Shown here one piece after another: positions 1-9,732 of a DNA stretch of 64,000 nt. How positions within the stretch are numbered: the first letter of the stretch is position 1; every line of letters begins with the position of its first letter. The stretch lies in assembly GCA_951406725.2 (NCBI GenBank), contig OX597829.1, forward strand, positions 37,696,001 through 37,760,000. The letters run 5' to 3'. Source of the stretch: Octopus vulgaris. Its lineage: Eukaryota. The notes below the pieces were generated by a model. It saw nothing but the letters and a program-made list of their open reading frames with translations. It made no database searches and had not been told where the DNA came from. The position numbers and the translations under genes were made by a program.

Positions 1-790
1 GTGATAAAGAAGAAAAACAAGAAAAAAATTTACTGGAAATTTTAAAATATAACGCAAATAAAACAGCATAGATGCACTTGTGGATATCTAATGATTTTAA
101 ATTAATCGTATCCTAAGCTGCTCTCTGTTTTTAATTTTAAGCAATAACTAAAGTTTCAGAGAGGGCAGTTTGGATAATCTTATTTCTTTAAACAATGACT
201 GGAATCAGGAGAATAATTTAATATAACAATCTTGGAAAACAGTGATGACGACCACCCTGGAGAGCAACAGCAACAGCAACGCAGAAGTTTCGATGTGTTT
301 ATTGGTCAATCAGCTAGATATAGCAGCCAAATCTTCTCACCTTAAATATATCATCTTAGAGAAGGACACACTAGATAATGTATTTCTAGGTACACTGGGG
401 AAAAAAAAAAAGTGGGGATAGGATGGGATGGCCATCACTGGACTGGCTTGTTGTAGATCTGCCTGCATGATCACAGTCAGTTAAGGTACTGGGGTAAAAC
501 AGCAACAGCAACAACAATATAATAAAATTTAGAATTTAGAGGGTGAAGCTTCTGTTTGACCATACAATTATATTTTTCAAACGTTTTTACAAAAACATAA
601 AAGGGGAACCGAGAAAACTCTTACTATTCTCACAAGAGAGAGTAAAAGAAAACAAAACAAGACAAACTAAAATAAAATAAAAAAGAGAAAGAAAGAAAAA
701 AAAATCAACATATTTTCTGTAGAAAGGGTTAAGAGTTGCAGCGATTTGACGGTAGCAGTTGTCAATGTACTTTCTGGTGAGATACCATGT

Positions 791-827
<37 letters not shown>

Positions 828-1502
828 CATGAAACATTTTAGTTGTTTTATGTCAACCACTACCACCACTGCTGTAAACACAACCAATCCAATGCACTAC
901 ATAACCACACACGCATGCGCGCACACACAGCCATACCCACCTAGATAAATGCATATATTATTTCTAGGTGGAGTGAAAAATAAAGAAAGAAATCAACCAA
1001 GAATCTATGGAAGCTTCGGTTGGTCTGAGTCACTAAAAAATTATATTTATCTGTAAAAGTTATAGAAGTTTCTTTAAGTTTATTATAAGCAGGCTGTTGG
1101 GAGAAAAAGTTCTTCCAAGAGAGACAGCGTGTGTCTTCGTCCTTCCTTTCTTCAATCTCATGGACTAAAGATTGAAGTGGGTAGAGAAAAAAAAAGAAAG
1201 AGAGAGTATTTTCTTGATCTCCGCAGAAGGACTCCAATGAGAATCACTGAAAGCAATTTTACCGACTGCATACAAGTTCAAAAACTTTACACACACACAT
1301 ACATGAGTAAACAAACATGTATGTGTGTATATATATATATACAGAAAATAACTGTTGAATAAATACTGCATAGAAGGCATCATAAATCATTGACACATAT
1401 TGATTCACACGCACATAGATACATAAACACACACACACACACGTATGCCGCCATTAACTTGCCTGCATGGAAAGTGTTAAATTTCAGTTGTGTGTGTGTG
1501 AA

Positions 1503-1950
1503 ATGGCTGTGTGGTAAGTAGCTTGCTAACCAACCACATGATTCCGGGTTCAGCCCCACTGCGTGGCATCTTGGGCAAGTGTCTTCTGCTATAGCCCCGG
1601 GCCAACCAATGCCTTGTGAGTGGATTTGGTAGACGGAAACTGAAAGAAGCCTGTCGTATCATCATCATCATCATCGTTTAGCGTCCGCTTTCCATGCTAG
1701 CATGTCGTATATATGTATATATATATAAATGTGTGTGTTTGTGTGTCTGTGTTTGTCCCCTAGCATTGCCTGACAACCGATGCTGGTGTGTTTACGTCCC
1801 CGTCACTTAGCGGTTTGGCAAAAGAGACCGATAGAATAAGTACTGGGCTTACAAAGAATAAGTCCCGGGATCGATTTGCTCGACTAAAGGCGGTGCTCCA
1901 GCATGGCCGCAGTCAAATGACTGAAACAACTAAAAGAGAGAGTAAAAGAG
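1503..1950 (+). mobile_element. tRNA-derived SINE family A (CORE-like central motif), young subfamily
   Basis: Head TGGCTGTGTGGTAAGTAGC...GGTTCAG.CCCAC, then CTTGGGCAAGTGTCTT, an internal (TA)/(TG) tract and an (AAAAGAGT) tail. More than 15 copies in the window. Confidence 0.9.
1660..1702 (-). mobile_element. 43-nt extreme 3' fragment of an RTE-type LINE nested in the SINE
   Basis: Reverse complement of ...GCTAGCATGGAAAGCGGACGCTAAACGATGATGATG, flanked by the 8-bp direct repeat TGTCGTAT (1652-1659, 1703-1710). Confidence 0.85.
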
Positions 1951-2503
1951 TATATACATACACACACATGCTAAAGTATATATATTATACACAGTAACAC
2001 TCAATTATGCATATACACATAACGCATACATTTCACACACACACAACTGAAATTTAACACTTTCCATGCAGGCAAGTTAATGGCGGCATATGTGTGTGTG
2101 TGTATGTATCTATGTGCGTGTGAATCAATATGTAAGTGTCAATGATTTACGATGCCTTCTATGCAGTATTTATTCAACAGTTATTTTCTGTTGTAGTAGT
2201 CTGAGTAATCTTCGAATTATGCTGCACCAAACACACACCCTTACTAATATATCTGAATATATCCAAAACTTGTTATGTGAGAATAGAAATAATACGTTTC
2301 TAAATCTCTCAGAGAGATCTATGCAGTAGCAGCACGATAAGGTGATAGTATGTTCTCAACTTAATGTGACAGTCCCATAAAAGGGAAGAATGCTACTGTT
2401 ATTTAGCCCTAGGAAACACTGTTTCCTGTTGGACTTGACACATTTCCTGTGTCCTTATGTTTTCAAAGTGGAGACAAGCACTTCCACCCAGCAAAGCCAG
2501 CAA

Positions 2504-2544
2504 CCAGAGACTAGTTTCAGACTCATTGCTCATCATCAGTCTGG
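2504..2544 (-). ncRNA. Minimal type I hammerhead ribozyme motif (antisense arm copy)
   Basis: Reverse complement reads ccaga-CTGATGA-tgagcaatgagtct-GAAA-ctaGTC-tctgg; one substitution in stem II relative to the other arm. Confidence 0.7.
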
Positions 2545-2683
2545 AGTAGAATGGCTTGCTAGCTGCCGATATGCCTATCTGCCTTTGAAACCTATATATT
2601 TACAGCGAAATACATTCACTGATTTTTGAAAATAGAAATGATATATTTCTAAATCTCTCAGAGAGATTTATGCAGTAGTTACT

Positions 2684-2724
2684 CCAGACTGATGATGAGC
2701 AATGACTCTGAAACTAGTCTCTGG
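2684..2724 (+). ncRNA. Minimal type I hammerhead ribozyme motif
   Basis: ccaga-CTGATGA-tgagcaatgactct-GAAA-ctaGTC-tctgg: stem I ccaga/tctgg, palindromic stem III ACTAGT, GUC cleavage triplet. Stem II is short (gag/ctc). Confidence 0.75.
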
Positions 2725-2983
2725 GAGCTGGCTTTGCTGGGTGGAGGTGCTTGTCTCCACTTTGAAAACGTAAAGATACAGGAAATGTGTCAAGTACAAC
2801 AGGATACGGTGTTTCCTAGGGCTAAATAACAGTAGCATTCTTCCCTTTTATGGGACTGTCACATTAAGTTGACAACATGCTATGTTATGTGAGGTTATTT
2901 ATTGTATTGTATATGTAAATGTCACAAAGAGACATCAAGATATATTACTATATTAAAAACCTGATAAGTCATTTTACACACAC

Positions 2984-3024
<41 letters not shown>

Positions 3025-3116
3025 TAGTCACAATGAGGATAGTTAGACCTCTAATAGGGATATTTTTATCCAAGATACACTGGTTTAATATATTATATAA
3101 AATATCATAAAATATC

Positions 3117-3410
3117 AAACAGAGAGAAATTAATTAATTAACATATTCACCTACAATTGTTTCATTTCACAAACAAAATTAAAATTAAACACATATAAAT
3201 ATATAATTTTGCATTTTAAATACCTTATATGGAGAACCATTAGGATGTACAAAGGACAATGCGAGGATGATTTTTTCCATACAAGGTATTTAAAATGTAG
3301 AATTATATATTTATGCACGTTTAGTAATTTTATTTGTGAAATGAAACAGTTGTAGGTGAAAATGCTAATGAATTAATAAATTAATCTGTATCCATTAGAA
3401 CTCTCTGTTT
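3117..3410. repeat. Imperfect inverted repeat (about 115-bp arms), probable Penelope-like terminus
   Basis: TTCACCTACAATTGTTTCATTTCACAAA pairs with TTTGTGAAATGAAACAGTTGTAGGTGAA; AAATACCTTATATGG pairs with CCATACAAGGTATTT. Confidence 0.8.
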
Positions 3411-3605
3411 TCTAACTTGATAACACACACACATATATATATGTTAACATATATATATATAACACACACACATATATAGCTTAGACATTCTAATACTAAT
3501 AACCTGGTGTTAGAGCTCAATATGCACATGCTTCAGAATGAAGTGTCATTTGAGTACAGAGCAGTGATAAGAAACTGGGATGACAAAGTAACAAACAATG
3601 GTTAA

Positions 3606-3758
3606 GTTATGGACTTCATTGGCTTACAACTGTTTCTGCTATTAGATGCAATGCACTCATAGTTGAGAGCTTGTGTATCACCCCATAGCAACTCACTCAA
3701 TTATGATTGCTTGTGCATCTTATAGCAGACACAGAAGTAAGCTAATGAAATTCATAAC
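3606..3758. repeat. Imperfect inverted repeat (about 45-bp arms)
   Basis: GTTATGGACTTCATTGGCTTACAACTGTTTCTGCTATTAGATGCA versus TGCATCTTATAGCAGACACAGAAGTAAGCTAATGAAATTCATAAC. Confidence 0.75.
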
Positions 3759-3787
3759 ATCTATTCCTTTGTGTATGTATGATATAT

Positions 3788-3866
3788 AAGAAGAAAAGAA
3801 AATGGAGATTAGGAAGTTAATAATTGTTTATTATAAACTTCCTAAACTCCATTTTCTTTTCTTCTT
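3788..3866. repeat. Near-perfect short hairpin
   Basis: AAGAAGAAAAGAAAATGGAGATTAGGAAGTT pairs with AACTTCCTAAACTCCATTTTCTTTTCTTCTT. Confidence 0.8.
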
Positions 3867-5421
3867 TTAAATGAATGTAAACTGTATGCTTAAAACTTTA
3901 AGAAATTGTATATGCAATTGTATATGCAAACCTATGCACCTGCACATGCATTATAGAAATACATACAATTGCTTAACCTACTTAAATATATGACATTAAA
4001 CCATTGAAAGCTTCATTAGTTTAGGTCCGGAAAGTGTAGCAATACCATATAAAAGAAGTCAGCAGTTAATGCTGTTCTTACTGAAATTAACAATTTCGAT
4101 TCCTAGGAAAAATGAAAAGGAAGGAAAAAGAAAACTAGCCATATCAGTAAAAATCAATACTTTTGCCTTTTTAGGTTATGTCAGCAGGTTATGTTTGACT
4201 TGTCTGGGTCACACTACATTGAAATTGTTGAGCAGTTTATATATCCCTTGTATTTCATGGGTGAAGGCACACAACATATTGATTTCAATGTCCAATTAGC
4301 TGAAAACGAACTGGGTTTACTGCACAGCTGAAAGTCTTATTTGTCAGCAGCCCTTGATGATTATGGCATACTAAATGATGATTACTTCAAATAATTACAG
4401 CATCTATAGGGATTTATTGGGTTTTCATCACATGATTGCAGTCATACTGGAGCACAGCTTTCAGTTTTAGTTGATCCTCTTGACACATTTATATTGTAAT
4501 CTAGGACTTATCTGACCAATCTATATTTATTGATTGATCAAGTTGGCATTTGGTGTTTTACATTAGTAGAGATTAGCATGGACACACATACCAACATGAT
4601 ATTTTTGAAGAAACAACAGAAAGTTGTATTTTGGGATGGTCATTTTTTTTTCAGTGTGTGCCAAATAAACACACGCACTATTTTTTCTTCATTCGTTTAT
4701 TGCTGTTTTTAGTGTGACGAAAGATTTCCGGACAATGGACATGAATTAAAATTAATAAAATAAGAACTGTAATAAATGAGTGAAGAAAAAATATATAGTG
4801 TGTGTGTTTATTTACCACAAAAAAACAAAACAAAAAAAGGAATGACCATCCAAAAATACAACAATATCTGTTTCAACACACGATTTCACATCAAGAATCT
4901 TGCAAAACAAATTGATAAACAGAAAGTTGTTCTTGTATCTGAAGGAGAATTTTTAGTGTTCTTTATCCAATATACCATAAAACATTATTCTTTGACAAGT
5001 AGGCACTGCTTTCCAACCACTTGGTTTTGGGTTCAGCCCAACTGCATAGCACCTTGAACAAGTGCCTTCTAATATAATCTTGGGCCAACAAAAGCCTTGT
5101 GATAGGATTTGGTAGAGAGAAACTGAAAGGCTGTTATGTGTGTGCATGTGTGCATTCCATGTTATTTCAAACCACAAAACTCTGTATGCAACCAGTTACA
5201 CACAAATAATGAAATGCATTATAACTGAACCAAGCTAAACTGAGTTTATTGATTGAGGGCCCTTTTGAAAAGTCACCTGACAAGACACATCTGCACCAAA
5301 GGATGCATCACAACCAATTGTCTAGAATCTCACCTGCAAGAGACTGATGCAAGATGGGTCGGAACGATCGTTGTGACTAATAAAGAATCTCATGACTTCT
5401 ATTTTCTTTTTCTCTCATTTG

Positions 5422-5450
5422 TTATATATTCAACGGATACGGAGGAATTC
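5422..5450 (-). CDS. Possible downstream terminal or poison exon (G-IPPYPLNI-stop)
   Basis: Acceptor gatttacttcag|GAATTCC is compatible with the phase-1 end of exon 5955-6244. Stop after 9 codons. A donor-like TTGCAG|gtgaga follows at about 5329-5333. Confidence 0.3.
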
Positions 5451-5954
5451 CTGAAGTAAATCTAGTGGCATTTATATCCATACTATTGATGACATCAGGT
5501 AGTTACAGACAGTGGATATGCTTTAATCAGTATACTAGCTGGTGTATATTCAGGTGATATTTTACTACAGAGAACAAGGGATTTGTAATGTTTTGAGTAA
5601 GATCCTTTGTTGTTAGCTATCTCCACAATAAAGAGTCCTTGTTGAAATAGATTAATTTATTTCCCTTTGTTAATTTTATATATATTTACAATTTTGTTGA
5701 TGGAGGTCACTATTAGTTTCCTCAGATTCTGCTGTTTCATTGAAATATTTGTAGGTCAATTTATTTTCTTTAATGAGTGACAAAAAAAAAAACAAAAACA
5801 AAAACAAACTCCAATAAATAGAGATTGAGAATAAATGTACATAAATATGATTATACTGTTGATGTCATTAGAATTTAGAAATTTCAAGAATTTGTAATAA
5901 TTCTTTTTAGGAATGGTAAATTTTAAAGCAATTAAAGTACATATAAAACCTTAC

Positions 5955-6244
5955 CAGCATCAGTAGGAAGAGATACAGTTGATGATGATAGATGTAAGTA
6001 GAGCTGATCAGATACTTGATCAATTCCTGCAAGGCATTGCTCAGATGAGGCTCGTGATTGAAAGCCAACATGTCCCAAATTGTCTTCACTTTTCCATGCA
6101 AATGCATTGTTATTCCTGATTTTCTCATCATCATCTTGATCAGTAAGTAGGCTGTTATCAAGTGTTGATTTTGACCGCTTATAAACACCCACGGAACGGT
6201 GTGACTGCTTGCTTCTGTAAGATGCATAGGTGTCACGCGGATAC
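5955..6244 (-). CDS. Internal coding exon (290 nt, phase 2 to phase 1) of an unidentified minus-strand gene: YPRDTYASYRSKQSHRSVGVYKRSKSTLDNSLL...WKSEDNLG...SSTVSLPTDA
   Basis: Unique, non-repetitive sequence with an open frame throughout (ORF 5932..6363). Acceptor ...tttaatttatataacag|GTATCC and donor GATGCTG|gtaagg. Ser-rich, disordered-looking peptide with no domain I recognise. Confidence 0.75.
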
Positions 6245-6722
6245 CTGTTATATAAATTAAAACGAAAAAATAAGTCTTGAGACAAAGGAAAGTTTTTAGC
6301 CAAAAGCTCATTAAAAAAATAAATTATTAACAATGGTTTCAAATATTGGCACAAGGCCAGCAATTTTGAGGGAGTGGGTAAGTTAAAAACCTTGATCCCA
6401 GTGCTTGACTGGTACTTATTTCATCGGTCCCAAAAAATGAAAGGTAAAGTTAGCTTCATTGGAATCTGAATGCAGAACGTAAAACAGAAGAAATGCCACT
6501 AACCATTTTATCTGGTATGCTAATGGTTCTGCCAACCTTCCACCTTAAAGAATTTATTAGTAATAATAAATGGGAAAATTCAATAATTATACTTTCCAAA
6601 ACTTTGATATTTTGTTACCTGGTTTTCAAAATAATTGAGATTTGGAAGAATTCATAAAAATATCAGTATGATTTTCATAAATTAGTAATGTGAGGTGATG
6701 TTTCAACACATCTTGGTAATAT

Positions 6723-7124
6723 ACTCTTTTTACTTGTTTCAGTCATTTGACTGTGGCCATGCTGGAGCACCGCCTTTTAGTCAAGCAAATCGACCCCGGG
6801 ACTTATTCTTTGTAAGCCCAGTACTTATTCTATCGGTCTCTTTTGCCGAACCGCTAAGTGACGGGGACGTAAACACACCAGCATCGGTTGTCAAGCAATG
6901 CTAGGGGGACAAACACACACACACAAACACATACACACACACACATATATATACATATATACGACAGGCTTCTTTCAGTTTCCGTCTACCAAATCCACTC
7001 ACAAGGCATTGGTCGGCCCGGGGCTATAGCAGAAGATACTTGCCCAAGATGCCACACAGTGGGACTGAACCCGGAACCATGTGGTTGGTTAGCAAGCTAC
7101 TTACCACACAGCCACTCCTGCGCC
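6723..7124 (-). mobile_element. SINE family A, young subfamily, full length
   Basis: Near-identical reverse complement of 1503-1950; begins GGCGCAGGAGTGGCTGTGTGG. Confidence 0.9.
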
Positions 7125-7294
7125 TATATTGTCTATAAAAATTAGAAACTTTTGTAAGTTGATGACATAACTCCCTCTCTCTCTCTGAGCAATTGCCTCA
7201 TAAGCTGGTACTTAATTAATGCATTATTGAATTACAGAAATTAGTTTAAGTGGTTTCTGCTTTTATGAAACTTGCTCGTCTAATGTCACCTCAC

Positions 7295-7347
7295 CTTAAA
7301 CAGTGTACATGGGCTTCTAACTCTCTTCTTTGATACACTGAAAGCAT
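7295..7347 (-). CDS. Candidate alternative first coding exon MLSVYQRRELEAHVHCL(R)
   Basis: ATG in unique sequence; donor TTAAG|gtgagg in phase 2, matching exon 5955-6244. Confidence 0.35.
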
Positions 7348-7982
7348 TTCTCATTTACTGAACAGATTGTCAAATTCTTTCTTAGAACTGCATTCCTCTC
7401 ACACGTGTACCACTGTAACTGTTAATATCTTCATCATCACTACCACAGCACCAACACAACTTGTTTTTGTATATTGGGAGTATGTAATATAGTTCTCAGC
7501 TTTGGTGAGAAACCTGCTGTAAGTGGTAAAACAGATTTTGAGCTGCACCTTGTCATTCCATCAACTTCTAGCATACAATAAGTTTTGTTTGATTGGAGCT
7601 GATCAATGACAATACAATAACATCATCGGTGTTATTGGCAACCTCTTTAATTTTTTTCATATGGATTGGATATTAAATAGGCCTGCATGTCTCTAACCTT
7701 TTCCAATCAGTGTAAAGATTCTCTTGTGTTTTCTGCTAACATAATATAAGCTTTGTTTAGACTACCTCTACTTCCTGTAAGCACAACTAACATCAGCTCA
7801 CTCAAAATATAACATCATATATTAATTACAATCACACATCTGCTTCAGAGCAAATGTCTCAGTCTTGATACAAAAACTTAGCTTGTTGATATCCGTTGTT
7901 TGTTTAGTTTCCAAGCAGACCTGATCAAAGCAATCCAACATGTGATTATTTCATCCTTTATTTAGATATAGTATATGTAGGA

Positions 7983-8364
7983 CTAGCACTATGACCAGGC
8001 AATGCTGGGTCATAGTGCTAGTGCATGCATAGACAGCTGAGTGCGTGCGCACATACATGCGAGTACTGTCCAAATCTCCAACCAATCACATACAGATAGC
8101 TGGCATTCAATTGGCGTATCAAGGTTCGGGCATTTTGATTGGGTTTTGGATAGAAAATTCACAAAAAAGTCACTTCTATTGATTTTTAATGGCTTTGCGG
8201 GGTGACTGGGGAAATGTAAAAGATGTGCATGACCACCCTTGGACGGTTTTGAATGACCATAGAAAGTGCGAGCCCTCTAACTGAAAAATTGTGGATTTGT
8301 ATAAAGGACGCACACACACACACACACACACAGACATTTTGCGGTTTATATATATGTATATAGA
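7983..8364 (-). mobile_element. Non-autonomous Helitron-like element, copy 1
   Basis: On the minus strand: A^TC 5' end, subterminal (TG)n, a 3' 15-bp hairpin ACTAGCACTATGACC/GGTCATAGTGCTAGT ending CTAG^T, and no TSD. Second copy at 15154. Confidence 0.75.
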
Positions 8365-8452
8365 TTATATTATCTGATGTGTTCTTTTTTTTTTTTTTTA
8401 AAGTCAACAGAAAAATTTGACTACTATTTCTAGCAATTTGAGTAATGTAAAG

Positions 8453-8680
8453 CAGTGGTTCTCAACCATTTCTTTTTTTACCTGTGGTCTCCTTTGATTC
8501 CTATTTTACTCAGGTGGATCCTCTTAGCCATTTGACATTTAAAAAATATTATATTTTTATACTTAAAAGAAACTGTATAAAAAATTTTTAATATTTTTTG
8601 GTATTGTAAAAGTGGAACCAATTAACTGCACATAAATTTAAACAATAAAACCTTGTACGGACCCTGGTTGAGGGTCACTG
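8453..8680. mobile_element. hAT (Charlie-like) MITE
   Basis: TIRs CAGTGGTTCTCAACC and GGTTGAGGGTCACTG; perfect 8-bp TSD ATGTAAAG (8445-8452, 8681-8688). Confidence 0.85.
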
Positions 8681-9342
8681 ATGTAAAGGCTATTGGGGTG
8701 GTCTAAGATGCATTCTACAACTCTATGGCTTCATATCTTGTAATAAGCTTCTCAGGTTCATCTAGAAAAATCCTTACATTGTATATATATATACCCATCT
8801 CCAAATATTTCAAATCTTTAAAAAGATTCTTTGAAATATCTTCATTCATTCATTTCATATAAGATAAAATAATTTTACTATCTTAATGACTCAGTTATTT
8901 TGAAGAGGTGTTTAATGTTTCATTTCAATTTCACGATGTCTTGTTTTTGTCTTTCAGCATAATTTTGATTAATGAGGTACCATGTTATTTCCTTCTATGT
9001 GGCCGATAGAGGGGTGGCGAATACTTCACTTAAGTGCAAAGCACGTTTCCTGTAAATTCATCTGGTTATAATCTTATTTCTGATACACTTCTTGCTTACA
9101 TGTTATGTAAGTAGTATCTAATTACTTTCATTAACCTTTCCATTCATTTGATCTAGTAAACACTCATCCGCTCTCTCTCTTTCTCCCTCTCTCCATACAT
9201 ACACTCAAGTATGAAGAGAATTTGAATACTTGGCAGCAGGGTTGAAGTTATCAGATATCAAGACTGATCAAACACCACAGCTTCTTAATTTTGCAAAGCA
9301 TGCTCTTCTCAAGTTTATACTTAATTGTGATTTTCTTTGACT

Positions 9343-9510
9343 TAACCCTTTTGATAACAACCCTTCAACAAGACTATCTCTGTTTCTATTATACAAACTT
9401 CCTGTTTTAAAATGATCTCAAAATTTCATGTAAAATTTTAAAAATCTCCTGACAATCTATGTTCCATACACCAACTTAATAATGACAAAGATACTTTACT
9501 ACATTTCGTT
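9343..9510 (+). mobile_element. Fragment of a TTAA-CCC-terminated non-autonomous DNA element (piggyBac-like end); related pieces at about 14930-15140 (-) and about 54935
   Basis: TTAACCCTTTTGATAAC start is shared in degenerate form by three loci. Confidence 0.4.
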
Positions 9511-9637
9511 ATTGGATTTGGTTTGCGAGATTCTTTATGAGTTTGTGTGTTGAAGCATATTCTGCTGTGTCTGGGGAGAGTCATTCTCTTTTTGTGCCTT
9601 ATTATTTAACACACTCACCGGTGAAATTTCCACTGCT

Positions 9638-9732
9638 TTTTTATTTTCCTAAAATTTTCATTGCGTCTTGCAACCTTTTCAAGACTATTGAAAAGGTTGC
9701 AAGATGCAATGAAAATTTTAGGAAAATAAAAA
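9638..9732. repeat. 45-bp-arm hairpin with a 5-nt loop
   Basis: TTTTTATTTTCCTAAAATTTTCATTGCGTCTTGCAACCTTTTCAA-gacta-TTGAAAAGGTTGCAAGATGCAATGAAAATTTTAGGAAAATAAAAA; a single G.T mismatch. Confidence 0.9.

Larger units (their letters stand above)
1341..2191. repeat. Inverted duplication of unique sequence (arms about 1341-1505 and 2029-2191) bracketing a SINE
   Basis: ACAGAAAATAACTGTTGAATAAATACTGCATAGAAGGCAT...GAAATG recurs as a near-exact reverse complement. Confidence 0.9.
2281..2883. mobile_element. Penelope-like pseudo-LTR / retrozyme-like element with inverted arms
   Basis: About 200-bp inverted arms (2345-2547 and 2681-2883), a roughly 50-bp direct repeat (2281-2329 and 2630-2678), and a hammerhead motif in each arm. 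Confidence 0.7.

Noticed and set aside
1477-1997. Recurrent ORF family (RQASFSFRLPNPL..., SVSVYQIHSQG..., [12 protein letters not shown]) seen many times in the track
   Set aside because: These are reading frames of SINE family A, not a protein family.
4175-4331. Plus-strand 52-codon frame after tttag (LCQQVMFDLSGSHYIEIVEQF...)
   Set aside because: No partner exons on the + strand and no recognisable motif; length is compatible with chance.
5907-6311. Overlapping 134-aa minus-strand ORF, and a resemblance of WKSEDNL to the Abl WNSKENL motif
   Set aside because: The 5932..6363 frame has more natural composition. No SH3 domain follows the motif, so no gene name is assigned.
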